Below, in pieces: positions 23,001 to 36,808 of a stretch of 64,000 bases of DNA. Each line of letters begins with the position of its first letter. Position 1 is the first letter of the stretch. The DNA is from Carcharhinus amblyrhynchos (taxonomy: Eukaryota): positions 63,116,001 through 63,180,000 of the forward strand of contig OZ336880.1 of NCBI GenBank assembly GCA_965287045.1, written 5' to 3'. A model generated the notes under the pieces. The model searched no databases. It saw only the letters and a program-made list of their open reading frames with translations, and was not told where the DNA came from. A program made the translations under genes and the position numbers.

Positions 23001-26000
23001 GTTCGACCATGCACCTAAATAGGGCATGCTCCGGAAATAAATACAATGGATTGATTATTTCACAGAAGAACTACTTAGCATTAAAAAATCATATCATAAC
23101 TTCAACATTCAAATAAAAATGTATCGTTGTACTTGATATAATTATGCGAGGTATTCTAAATCTATAACTACATAACTATGATGGAGAAAAACGTTATTTC
23201 ATCACCCAGTAACCTTTTATAAAACGTGAGGCATCTGACAAATGTACACGTATCGTATTGTAGGTTTAGTGTATGTTTGGAAAATCAGAACATCTTGTTT
23301 TTGGAATTAAAATTGTTATTTATTTTCGCAATAAACGCAATATGTGGGACTAAACATTTCCTTAGTTTAGAACAGGGTAACACAGGAAATCAGTAAAATA
23401 ACATGGGCGGACGATTTATAACATACGGACACACAATATTAAGCACACGCAAAATAATTATTGAATTCACCTGACCCTTCAAGCATTTCATTACAATCTA
23501 GGCCATTTTAAATGAATCAATGCATATGCACTTTTTGTGGTTGAATATAGTTTAAGTCTTTAAGCCGGCATGATGTTTGCAGTTTTGACTACGAATTGGT
23601 GATGAGGTTTATTATTGCTCGTCGGTTACTGCAGTGAACTACGCAAGTAAAAGTGCGAGTGTATATAGCACCTGTACATCACTGAGTGATCTGTGTACAT
23701 GGTCAAGTGAATAAACAATTTTGATAGCCATATTTAATACCGGTACCAAGATGAATAGGGGTACAGTGTACAGAAGTATCACAAACTTGCAAACTTTTCT
23801 TATTCTTGCACATCTTGTTTTTTTCCAAACTTTTTTTTACAGTGTGCTGTCATATATGAAAAATAGCTTTTATCTTTACTCTCAATTATCTTTACTCCCG
23901 CCGACAGTTTCTTGATATAAACAGCATTGACTAGATCTTACACTCCATTTACATTTGCTTCAGTTCACCGATTATCAGCAATGTACCCAAAACTGTTCAG
24001 AGTAAACAATTGAACCCGGTGGATGCATGTAGATCCCCAGTTACTAAATGAGGACCAATGAAGAGAATGAATTTTAGCTCCCAGGGAAATGGAATAGGAT
24101 TTCTATGGATGGTTTGCAAGCATTTTGCCAATAACCTCATGTCTTAGTGTTAACATCATTTGTTTTTTTTTGAGAAAACAAAACTGCAAAGGAAAACGTT
24201 TCACTTCAACTATACACTCCTGCAATTTCAAGGGCCGAGGGAGAATTTCTCCTGAAGGGATTTGAATTGTATTGTTGTCATAATCATTTGCAGTCTTGTT
24301 GTTTCATGACGGATGGTTCTATAAAGGAGGCCCCCGTGATAACATTCCAAGACAATCTTCGTGCATTACAGCCACGTTTAAAACAAAACTAAATCCAGGG
24401 ACGAATTTGAAACAAGAAAACAACAGAGATTAATTCAACGCAGGAAGTCACTGGAATAATGATCAAAAGTGGATTCAGAATCAAAATGAAAGGGGGCTTG
24501 ATAGGTGTGTAAGGAAGGTCTAATCGGGATGAAGATCTCCTTCATCATCTCATCTCATCAGTTTGTGGGACATTTATGTTGCTGATGAGGCAGCTCAGCC
24601 GGTTTGTAGCAGGAATGCATCTTTTGGATGCCATGTGCAGTGCATATGTTCAAGTACTTCTGAAGTGATTCCAAAGCTCAGGCCGCTTCCAGACAATTGT
24701 TTATTAGATGCGAGGAAAGAGACATAATAAATGGCTCAAACAATTATAAAAATCACGTTCCCCTGTGACAGTTGAAAATAAATCCTCATAATTCAATCCC
24801 TTGTTATTAATCACTAATCACTATGTTTAAAAAGACTTGCAATACTTTAGCAAACATAAAATATTACAGAACTTTAAAAATATTCTGCCATCATGTGTTG
24901 CTATCAAAATGCTCATAACAACATTGTTTACAGTCAGACTTGGGGGAAGGAAGTCAAACTTCCTACGGAATATTGTAAAGCATACTTCAGTATAAAACGT
25001 CTAAAACAACAATGGTCAAGCTGGTACCAATAGCACAGCACATTATATCACGAATGGGTTGCTGGTTTGCCTGATTTCCCACACACTGACCGCAGAAAAT
25101 CTGAGGAGACACACGTGGAGATCAAATACTTTCCTTACAATGGCTGAGCACAAGAAAGTCAGTCAATCCAGGTAAATTCTCTCATGTATTACACGTGCTA
25201 GCAGTAAGGCTGCAATAGCACCTTTTGAGGCGCTGACCTGATTGCCGATTTAGTCAAGAATGACACCTAATTTGAGATGAAGCTGTAGGAAGTGGGTAAA
25301 AAGTACCAATTCATAGGAAAGAAAATTATATATATTTTGAAGAATCATAACATGTTTCACTTTTAAGCTTAAAAAAATTCATTCTTTTTTTTAAATTGTC
25401 GTTATTTTGCGCCACACTTATTTAAGAACCGAACCTTTAATCCAATTAAAATACAGGAGGTAGCTCTTTGATTCTATATTCTTCTCCACTGTGTAAAAAC
25501 AGCACTGATTGGGAAGCTTTTTGCCTTCTGCAAATTAACAACACATATCAATAATTGTTGAATCCACAGACATGAAACCAACATAAGATACTGGAGGATG
25601 AAATACATTTTTTCATGGTGCAGCCAAATAGGAGAATCAGATTCATAGAGAAAAAATGCTGCAGTGGTTACCAGCTTTGGAAGAAGCAACAAGAGCATAC
25701 ATGTCATCACTATACTCGGTACATAACCTACTAACTAGGCTGCCAGTGGACAAACAGTGGTAGTAAATATTCTTAAACTCTGACCACATTATTCAACTCT
25801 TAATAGCATTACACATGCTTGAGAACACATGATGAACCTAGTAATATACATGGAGTTGTATTTCTAAGTGGTGTAACTTGTAACTAGTGGTTATGGTTGA
25901 TATATTGGACTATGTAGTTTATGTAAAATCTAACTAACATGCAAATTTATTCATATCACAGTTTAACCAGGCAGTGTGCAAGGAGCGGCAGTGTAGTGAA

Positions 26001-27329
26001 ATAGGTAAAGATGAGTGGGCCATTTGCTGCTTTATATTCAAGTTGTGATCACTTAATGGCACAGGAATTAATATCTCTTATCCCTTTCCATCAGTTCTGC
26101 AAAGTCTGTGATCATTCTATTTTCACGATTTTGCTGGACTTTTCTATCATATTTCACTTTCTGTGGTTAATTTCAAAATGTATAATGTTTTGCTTTTAAA
26201 TTTCTCATGGAACTCTTATTTGCTATTCCACAACTTTCCTTCCCTTTCTGTACAATATTGTAATGAATCTTCACTGTTCTCTTTAATATAGTGCTGTGGG
26301 GGGGACGTTGGGGGATTTTTTTTGCACTTTCGTATGTCTGCTTATGCTTTGGTTTTTCCTCTACTCATTTTTTGGAACTTAGTCTCAAATAAAGAGAAAC
26401 AAAAACACAAAAAAAGGGGAAATAACAGGCTAAGGAGATCCAAGAATAATAAAATGAAGGAATAAGCAGGGGATAATTGTAGAAATATAAAATAGCCAAA
26501 AATAGAAATATATAGAACAGAAGGAGGAAGATTATTAACAGCAGCATTGAATGGAATTGTAAAAGAGAAAGAAAAAAATAAAGTTGAAGTGCAAGTGTTG
26601 ACTGAGAAGGGTCGCACATTTTCTAATGGCTCAATATAAACACACTTTGGTAGTTGCAGGGAGCCTTTCAGCCACTGAATGCTACTATAGTGCACAGTGT
26701 GGATTCACGAAGGGAAAAAGGCAACTTTTACAGGATATGTAAAGAAGAACTCAAAGAAAGAAGCAAGTGATGAAAATAAAACAATAGGGAAAGAAAGAGG
26801 AAATGTGAAAGAAGCATGAATAAAGAATTAACAAATACATAGGAAGATAAAAGTACAGAATCATGAGAATCATGAAAGTTAAAATAACATTACGAAGAAG
26901 AAAGAGCCAAAAATTAAACTGTCAGCTGCAGGCTATCTCTACAATATTCTGACTTTGATCCCCTGCAACTTGAAGTGATTTGCTGCGCACATGTACTTCA
27001 CATAATTTTCTTTAGCAATAGCATTAATTCAACAATACATGCAGTATATATTACAGGAACAACCCAAAATGGGGTACATTAATTACCATGATGAGAGAAA
27101 AAGTAATTCAGAGGAGATTGCCTACAGGTCTTGTTTATAAATCTACATTTAAACAGTGAAACAAGATATTAACGACAAAATGCTTGTGTAAACTTGAAAA
27201 CCTTTGTTGTAAGATACCTTGGTCTAAATGTTGTTTGACTGTTGTTCCACAATTAAACTGATACATGTGCTGGTGAATTTATACAATGTAATTTCAGCAA
27301 TTTGTTCTTTTTCTCGTTTTTCTAATTTT

Positions 27330-27620
27330 TTTCAGCTCCTCTTTTGAAGGAGTCGACCTTTACTTTGGTATGCCTTCAATAATTCACCAAATTGCCCATT
27401 TTCCTACTGTGAGCTGAATAGTGAATGTCAGCATTCTATTCAGTTGTGGGCGTTAGTGCAGCCTGCTTCATACAGCATCCACACTTTTTCCAGAAAGGAT
27501 TCCTTAGATGGTGATTAGGATTGAAGACCCTGGCTGATATTATCCCTCCTTCAGGCAAAGCTCTGTAGCCAAATGTATTGTCCAAATTCTGCCACTACAT
27601 GATCAACAAACTCTGATTTG
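27330..27620 (-). mobile_element. Decayed interspersed repeat, probably a SINE
   Basis: Resembles a common elasmobranch repeat (gcccattttcctactgtgagc..agtgaatgtcagc..ccctggctgat); recalled from memory only. Confidence 0.3.
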
Positions 27621-27929
27621 TGAATTAACTTCAGGTGGCTTAACATTTTTTAACATTTCCTTGAAGGAGCAAAAATAGGTAGATAACTTCTGAAAGGTTC
27701 AGGCATTTCTGTGGAGAAGGAATACAGCTTGTGGTGATTATGCAGTTTATGGTAATTTCTTGCATTCGAGCTTGAGTGCATCTAGTGAAGTGATCCTTTT
27801 CAATTCACTTTGGTCATTTTTGAGGGTTCTTACAAAGGTTTTCATACATTTCAGTTTGTCCAAGCATTCAATTGCTAGCATTTCTGTATTTCATTTTATT
27901 TTTTTAATAGAAACAGCCGCAATATTATA

Positions 27930-28330
27930 CCTGGCCACTTGGTTTAGTTTATGATAGTTAAAATATTCCCATGGCTCAGTACATTGTCTACCTTTGGGCC
28001 ATGGATTTGATTGCAGTCTAAACCGATGGGATGAAAATCGCTTCTCAATGCTAGCTATAACATTCATATATAAAAATTAATTCCCATCGACATTGAATCC
28101 TCAGCACATCTCTACCCGCCATTTTTACACAAATTAACAATCTCATAGGAATGGCGAGGATTACTACAGGAAATGAAAGAAAGAAAACAAACACTGGTGG
28201 GGGGATGGGGTGCTCTTGTAAGATTGGGGCTAAAACAAAATGCAGCAGAATAGAGGAAGCTTTATTCTATATACGATTTGTGTTGTTTCTGACGTGGAAA
28301 TTTTGAAGGCTGATATGGAATACTAAAATT
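27930..28330 (+). mobile_element. LF-SINE-like remnant
   Basis: acctttgggccatggatttga..ccgatgggatgaaaatc..tgctagctataa resembles the reverse complement of 38165-38365 and my recollection of the LF-SINE head and body. Confidence 0.35.
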
Positions 28331-31300
28331 GTGGAGAGATCAATCAGGAGCACTGAATTTGCACCTTGATTGTCCCAACACGGCAACATTCAATCCCCTC
28401 AACCTTAACTACCAACACCACCAGACCCCCTGCCCCCACCCCACTCCCACAAAGTCCCTCTGTTTAGCAAGAATTAAGTTCCGGTGCCATACTATAATGG
28501 ATGAGATATGGTAAGTGATTTTTTTTTTTAACAGAGGTACATTGGCATTATTAACAGTACCTTTGGTGTGTTACAATAACAACAATATGCCACAATTCAT
28601 AGAAACTATTCCTGAAATTTAAGAAGCAAAACATAAGAAACAAAATTCCAGGTGTGGGCGGACTTTTAAATTATGTGTTTTATGCTATTAATTCCAATTT
28701 TTGCGACTCCAAAACATAGATTGCAAGTTTAGCTCTTCACTTCAATACAGCATTGGGAATATTCAAAACAAATTTGAATATTTAAATTAGAATTTAGATG
28801 TCGGCTTAATAACATTAAAATCAGCTTTGCATACATGGAAATAAAATAATAAATTAACATCAGGAAGTTCAAACACAAACTCAGGCTGATATTGATGACA
28901 GAAATAAAATTGATTCATTATCATATTTTGCTAGGGAATATACTTTTGGAATGATTGCCTGTTCCAAATAATTAACTCTTGCAAAGTGCAGCTAAAACTT
29001 TACTCTTATTAACGGATTTGTATATTTCATTCTTCATTTGGTATATCGTATTATTGCCTGGATTATTTCTAAGGAAACACAACTGCATTGTATTAATAAC
29101 TATATCAATAGTTATTAATACAATGTTCTGCCTACTCTTTTAGAAAATGTGTTAACCCATTTAATTTAAATTGGCTACCATCTCTATTTAAAGGTACAGT
29201 AATTATCCTGATTGCCTTAATATTTATTATGGGTATTACACAAGATTTCATCACAATTCTTTTTAACTAACTAGCTCTACATCTTGTTGCATAGAGCTAT
29301 TACGATTCTAATATACATTTAGCTGCATATATTGGAATAGAATTTCATAAAATTTTAATTTGAACTATGCAAAATAATTATCTGATGACTATAATTGATT
29401 TTCATTGTGTTACCTTCTTTGATTGAAAATTTCTAAATATATACAACTGCGTTATATATCCAATCAAATAGATATCTCCTCTTAATACAAGTGCACAACA
29501 GAGAACATTGCATCTTTAACGGAGAAAAACAGAGTTTTGTGTATTCTCAGGAATCTCCCATAACAATGCTCAACAATTGTACTTATGTTCAATAACAATC
29601 GTAGCACAGATAGGATAATTTTAAGAGCTGCAATTGCTGCTAATCAAGGATTATATTACTTGTCCAGTTGACAATTAATTTATAAGATTATTTAATTTCA
29701 ATATGCCAGAAGTATTTCAACACCTTGTGTAACATGAAGTTTTAATCTTTCTGCTGGAAAAAAACAATAAAAATTGCAAAGCTGACCATTGCGCTGAATG
29801 TATGTATATTTATCCATTTTGATTGAATGAACAAAATGTAAAATAATGCTCTGAGTAATATTTTTAATGAAATAAATCATAATAATACACAGTAATCAAA
29901 AACTTTGTGTGACAATGAAATTCTTTTGTGTTATTTTTGAACTAAATTGGAGAACAGCTTTGTGAAAATAACATATGCCTTTGATTCAAATGTACTAACT
30001 AATGGCACTGAAATTAGGACACAGTGAAGTTTCAGCTCTCAGCCCTTCACGAGCTAGCTCAAACACTTTAGGATTCACATACCCCTCTAACAGGACAAAA
30101 CAACAGGGTAATGCTTGGTTTGCTCTGTAATTAATGATCTAACTAAGAAATGTCTGCGTTGTGTGTCTTTGAAGTGCAAGATTTTAGCGAAAAAGCTCTT
30201 ATTAGTAAATTAATTGTCATTAAAAGGACTTTTAGTCCAGCGACAGATTTCATGAGTAGAAAAGTAATGAAATAATCCTAACTTAAAGATCCAAAGATAT
30301 TGGAAATATTTTTAACATAAAATACATTAAGTAAGCATTTTTTGCTTATATAATGATTGCAATTGTGAAAAAATAGTATTTGACCCAATTAAAATTGGCC
30401 TTGCAGTCCGACATTACCATTATTATGTCATTATGGTGTAACTTCTTTTTCTTGTTTTGTAAGAAAAGATGCAATCACATAGTTCATCCTTAATTAATTG
30501 CTTTTGTGAAGCTTTTAAAATGGACAAATACAATACTGTGTGGTGTTGGCTAGCTTAAGGACATTTCTCATTTGTGAATTACATTATCCGTTAGGAATGG
30601 AATTACAGCTTATTACATCTAAAAAAACAATCTATAAATCAATGGCTAACACAATATTATGTAAATTTCAATTTTCAAATAGCAGTTAATAAATTCTGGA
30701 AATTATATGATTTGCGACAGCAATAATTAAATAACCTGTACTGAATCTATTGAACTTTAAACGTTAGTCAAATTAATTCGTAAATTTGTGACGCATTCAT
30801 TCTTTGTTGGCTCTAAGTAGTTACACTAAACTTGAAGAAACATGTCAGTTTGACAGGAAATAGGCTCCTAAGCCATGCTGTTTTAATGATTTACAAAGTT
30901 TAAAAGAAGTTCCAACTATCTATTACATATATACATACACATTTGAGCAAATACTTAATGCATGTTTTCCCTAGTAGGTATAAACGGGAAATAATTGAAT
31001 GCCATTTGTGAAATGCATGCATAAAAAATAAAACATCATGTTATCTTCTAGCCAGAAGTGGCAACATGTTTTAAAATAAGGATATTAAAAGGGTGGTTGG
31101 AAAACAAACAAGCAATTAAATCAGTACAAATTAAGTCTGGTTTCTCCACCCTGCCATTTAACTGCTGCATGTTGAAATAAAACAAAGAACTCTGGTATGG
31201 TCAATGTTTTTGTGCACAACTGCCTCGAAGCAACAATGCTAGTTTAATTTATATGCAAATTAAAACATAAATGAGAAAGTAAGCTCTGGAAATAGCATGA

Positions 31301-32382
31301 CAAGATGATAAAAAATGTAATACACTTCAAAATTCCCTTTCTTAAAAGAAGAGCTGCCTGACTGGCAAATGGCCACTTTCTATTGAAATCAGTAGCTATT
31401 TTCATAGAATGTTATGTGGAATGTAAGGGTGTCCTCTGGAAGTGGAAGAAAGCTCCAACAAACATTTCTTGTGAGATCCAACATCAGGATAATTTCACAG
31501 TCTCACTTCTGACTGCTTCGTCCTGAGTTGACCAGCACCATGCAAGGCTGATCAAAGGCCATCGGAAACATCAAGTAAGAGTGAATGGGGTTAAAGTATG
31601 CTAATACAGGAGCTAAATTTACTTTAATCCTGTTATAATACAAGTTAATGCAGAGGTGGTGGAGGGGCTTTCTGCCTTACCCCACTGATTCAGAAGGACC
31701 CCTGCAAATCATGAATAGAACCAGCTTCCTATTCTTTCTGCTGTTGAGCTTATGCTTTTGCAGATGCACACACAAGTCCCTCCTTCTACGTTTACTAAGT
31801 GTCAACAGTCGGGTGAGCAAGACTTCACAGTTCCTTAGATCAGTACTCTGTGACCTTCCACATTTAAGTACAGGACATTAGATTAAGCATTCCAGCTGTT
31901 GCTTGAATTCTGATTGTTTTTGGGGGAGGGTGATTCCAGGTTGAAAAAAAAACTTGCCCAGAATTTTGAAATACACGTAACCATTTACATTTAATTCTGG
32001 TAAGTTCCCTTTTCATTTTTTTTGTTTAATGTAGGAGTGTTCTAATATTTCCCTGCAGAATTATATTTGTAGTTTTCATTTCAAATCCATTATATCTACT
32101 ATATTTTCAGGATAAACAAACCCTTTTCAGTTGTATAATGGAGGGAGAGGTCTGATCTAACGATAGTGCCTGAAATACATTCATTGCCATATTGATTGGA
32201 GCAATAGTCTGCTGTTCCTCTGCATATCCATAAACAGATGAAAAAAACTCTTCTGTGTAATTGGTCAAAAACTTGGTACAAGTTTTAACGGGTTTTAGGA
32301 TGTAGACTGGCCTACCCAGTGATTCTTAAATGAGCTTCTGGTGGCCGCCAAAGGCAAACCTTTTTTCATTTGCATTAATATA

Positions 32383-33632
32383 GGGCAGAATTCTTCCATT
32401 TCGCCCGTGGTGGCTTTGGTGATGGGCAGGAGTGGAGAATCTAGCCGGAGCCAATAAGTCAGAAACTCACTGGTGTAAAATCTCAAAGCAATTCTCCCAT
32501 TGGTGAGTTAATGAGGGGTGCTTCTTCCCACTGGCTGGTTGTGTGAACACCATTTGCAGTAATTTTCCTCTCATGAATGCTCATTAAAACAGCTGCCTGC
32601 TGGCATCCCATGAAGCCTTCTAATTTTCCATCACTTTGGTGTGAAAATACGTTGACCTAAAACCCAATTGCTAATGAGAGGCATGGTAGTCCTCAGTTTG
32701 CAAGAAACTTCTGAGTGAGAGCAACACTGCACTGCTGCTCCTGATGCACTATTCACGACTCTGCCAAGGCAGACCAATCCCTGCCCTCCATGCCCATGCT
32801 GAGCTGCTCTTCATGGACAGGACCAAGCTGCTGGACCCATGGGCCCTCCTGTGTCAGTACTGCACCCAGGGTTGGTGAGTAAAGGGGTCTCCTTGCCCCT
32901 GGTGCCACACAGTGGTGTCTAGCTGGACAGCACTGTGCTGTGGGACTCATGCAACAAAAGTTTGAAAGGTTTGGAGTGGAGCGCGAGGTGAGACAGGGGG
33001 TTGTGGGGGAGGAGGAGAGTGGCCTGACGAAGGCAAGGGGGAAAATGCAGAAGAAGGTCTGTGTAAGGAGATGGATGAAGAAGACAAACAATGGAAGGCA
33101 AGCAGAAGATTGAGGGGAGGCAATGTGGATCTCAACAAGACTAAATGAAAAGCTTGCCAAAAAGATGGTCAAAGGGATGCCATATCATTTACCGGAAGGG
33201 GATGTACAAAGACTCCAGAGGCAGTGAGTAGAGGTCTAAGTGGGACGGGGCACCTCGCAAGTGATGGATTTGGGGACAGGGTGGTTGAATCAAGGAACAG
33301 ACTTTTCTTTGAGGCTGCTAACCTCTGGGTTTGCTGACATCTGCTTTCCTCTGGGTTGCTGACATTTTAAATGGTCTGGTGAAGACATGTGGGCTGGAGA
33401 GTGTGATATGAATGTGCTGGAATGGTATTTAAATATGGCGTCAGAACCTTTGAGCCTGCCAGCTGATCATGGGCTGCTGGTCTGCCAGGTGACTTGGAGG
33501 GAATGTGCATGTGCATAATTAATGAGGTGCGAAGTGCAGAACCTGGCATGGGATCTGTTCTAGCCAGTGGGAAATGTGCCACCAGAGTTGCCCCTTCACT
33601 GCACTTAGTCTCAAAATGGAAGAATTCTACCC
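32383..33632. mobile_element. Non-autonomous PIF/Harbinger-like DNA transposon with terminal inverted repeats
   Basis: 19-bp TIRs with 1 mismatch (gggcagaattcttccattt 32383-32401; aaatggaagaattctaccc 33614-33632), flanked by 3-bp ATA direct repeats. The interior is GC-richer than the flanks. Confidence 0.8.
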
Positions 33633-35120
33633 ATAGAGTCAGAAGTAACAGGAGTGCTCCACAGCAGAACTGCAAGCTGCTATTGGCCCACATTTGCACT
33701 GTCCAGAACCTGATAGTCAGTGCTGGTGCCTGAGCTGGCTGGCTTTGTTCTGAGACTATTCAATGAACTATATCAGGAAACCTGAATGTTTCTTACAGCT
33801 TATCAGCTTTATGGTAATGAAGTCCAAGGACCAACTTTGGTCAATCCTTGGGCTGATTTCTCTGAGTGTATTTTGCAGTAATTGGGCACCAACCAATTTC
33901 TCACCCACATATTTTAGCATAATTTCAAATGTATTATTATTATTACAATCCACTTACAAAATGAAAAGTTTAATTTCACCACATCTTTGTAAATATTGTG
34001 ATTTCAAAATCAAAACTAGAAAATGTCAATTAATCAGAAGTTATAGTAATTACAAAGGAACGCTGTATTTGCAAACCTATTATAATGATATCAACATAAA
34101 CACACATTTATCATGAGCTATTGCCTTGTAGAAAATAATTAGATCATGCCATAGTATCTCGAAATATGCTGAAAAATAAATAGAACTACAAATCATAGAG
34201 CCCTTTAGAACTTTGCACATGTAACAAGGTTCCTAAGTTTTCTCCTTGATTATGTTTATTTATTAACATTTATAACCTGATGTGCATTGTATTATACAGT
34301 TGAATATTAGAGTCATATTAATCTGCTTGAAAAAGATACTTCCCACAAAACCTATTATACATACCAGCAACTAATTTATTTATACGTATTGACAAAAACT
34401 TCTGTAATTGTGATTTTACGTGAGAGAATTTAATATTTTACTGAGTGCAATATTAAATTTTAATACTAATTCTAATCCTAGATAACAAAAATAATGTTAC
34501 AAAATGCTTGATAGAAAAACATATCTTTTGTTATAATTTTGAAAAGCAAAGAGGTCTGTCATATTTTGAACTATGAACTGAGCTTAACATTAAAATATAT
34601 TTAAATTATTGGTATAATCAGCAGCTTCCTCCAACACTTAAATTCTAAATTTTCAAAATATATTTCATTCTGTTGCTGACTGCATTTGAGTTTCAACAAG
34701 ACCGGACCTCAACCAAGATTTTCACATTCCAATTTTCCACAGTACAGATTGCATTTAAAGAAGAATGTACAATTATGATTTCACAGAAAAATTGTCTCAG
34801 ATATTATGCATCTTAAACAGCATGAGGAGAAGAATCTGTTTTCTGTTGCACGTACTTGGTTGTACCTCAATTATGTTATTGATGACCTTCTTATTGATGA
34901 CCCATATGACCTTCTACCCTCTCTTCAGTGCTATTTCTGCTCAACAATTTAACTAAATATACAGAGTGGATGTTATTGATCACAATTTGAAGAGGCTTTT
35001 AATTAGCAGCAATTGGATCTATGCTTTGCCATTTCACATATAGCCTGTTGAAATGTAAATTGTACAGAATTTAACAGATCATTTTTATTGTGATTTTTTT
35101 AATGCAAGATTTAATCAGAA

Positions 35121-36790
35121 AATCATAAAATGGTTATCACACAGAAGGAGGTCATTCAGCACATGTCTGTGGCAGTTCTCTGTAAGAGCAAGTCAGCTAG
35201 TCCCAATCCCCTGTCTTAGCTCAGTAGTCCTTCAATTCTGTTTCTTTTGAGGTAATTACAAAATTTGCTTTTGAGTATGCCACCACCAGGCTGTCAGACA
35301 ATACATTCTAGGTCCTAGCCACTTGTTGGCTAAACTAATTTGTCCTCACATTGCTTTTGGGTTCTTTTGTTCTTGACCCTTCCACTAATGGGAACACTTT
35401 AGCTCTTCAAGCCTCTCATGATTTTGAATACCTTTATCAATTCTTCACTCAACCTTTTCTCCTTTAAGGAGAGCAACCCTAGCTTCTCCAGTTTATAGAC
35501 ATAAATAAAGCCCCTCATCCCCAGAACCATTCTTGGCATTTTGTTTTGCACTTACTCCAAAGTCTTTACTGTTTGGTGCCCAGAATTAGTCACAGTCCTC
35601 CAGTTGAGGCGAAACCCGTGTTTTAAAAAATTCACCTTGCCTTTGTACTCCATACTTCTAAAGTCTAATACCTCATTTGCCTTATCATCTGCCTTTCCAA
35701 TCTGCCTTACTACCTTCAATGATTTGTACATATATATTGTCAGATCCCTCCTGCATAAAATTCAGAATTGCACCATTTATTTTAAGTTGCATTTCCTAAT
35801 TTTACCTACTAAACTGTACAATTTCTGACTTTTCTGCATAAAATTTTATCTGCCACATGCCAGCTCATTCCACCAGCCTGTCTTAAAGTCTATCACTATC
35901 CTTTGCACAGTGCACAGCACTTCCAAGTTTTGTTTCACTGGTAAATTTTGAATTGTGCCCTGTAAACGGTACTCAAGGTCATGAAAAAAGATCAAGAACA
36001 GTAGTTATCCTGGAATGGAAACCTGGGGAATTCCACTATGTATCTTTCTCCAGTACAAAAAAACAACTGTTCACCACAACGCTCTGTTTTCTGTCACTCA
36101 GCAGCCTTCACATCTATACTGCGCCTGTACTTGTCATGCATGCCCTTCTCTGTTTCATCTTCATTATTATCTCTTTCATCATCCAGGGAACTCTGTCATA
36201 GTTTGTCCTACCTTCCCCCTGGTGGGAATGCACATTGACTCTATTTCCTTTTTTGGTCAATTACAGTTTTGCCAGCCAATCTTTAATTCTAATTTATTTG
36301 GGTCAAATCCATTCTCATCCCATTGAAATTGTCCCTCTCCCAATTAATTATTTTCTCCCTGATTTGTTCCCTGTCCTTTTCCATAGCTAAACCTTATGAC
36401 ACTATGATCACTGTCCCTAAATGTTCCCCTGCTGATGCTTAGTTAAGTTGTCCCACCTCCTTTTCCAGAACCGGATCCAGCAATGTCTCCGTTCTCAGTA
36501 GACTGGAAACTTCTTAATCAATAAAATTCTCCCTAACACACTTCAGAAAAATTTCTATTCCCTTTACATTCATTATCCTAATTTAAACTAGGATAGTAAT
36601 TTTGCAAGCCTTTGCAATTCCTTTGAAAATGTGTTCAATATTCTTCCCACTCATTGGCAGACAATAGAATACAGCCAGCAGTGCAATGGTATTTTTATTG
36701 CTTATTAGCTCCAACTAAATAGATTCTGTCCTTAACTCCAATAAAACATTTCATTTCTCCAGCACTGCAATATTACCCTTAATCAACACT
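35121..36790 (-). mobile_element. CR1-type LINE remnant (internally deleted)
   Basis: CR1-type 3' tail at ~35121-35200. An endonuclease-end motif EHLG/DSDHSVIRF (one frameshift) lies on the minus strand at 36389-36426. Confidence 0.75.
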
Positions 36791-36808
36791 ATCAGATGCA
36801 CCTTGGTA

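Noticed and set aside
22103-23031. p53/p63-like half sites (tgacatgccc, gggcatgctc)
   Set aside because: No full two-half-site element with good matches; compatible with chance.
24554-24605. ctcatcag/ctgatgag inverted repeat and CUGAUGA-GGC..GCC hammerhead-like or pre-miRNA-like hairpin
   Set aside because: No GAAA follows stem II, and the stem is too short and weak for a pre-miRNA.
26342-26900. Hydrophobic minus-strand ORFs resembling membrane proteins
   Set aside because: Translations of an A/G-rich low-complexity tract.
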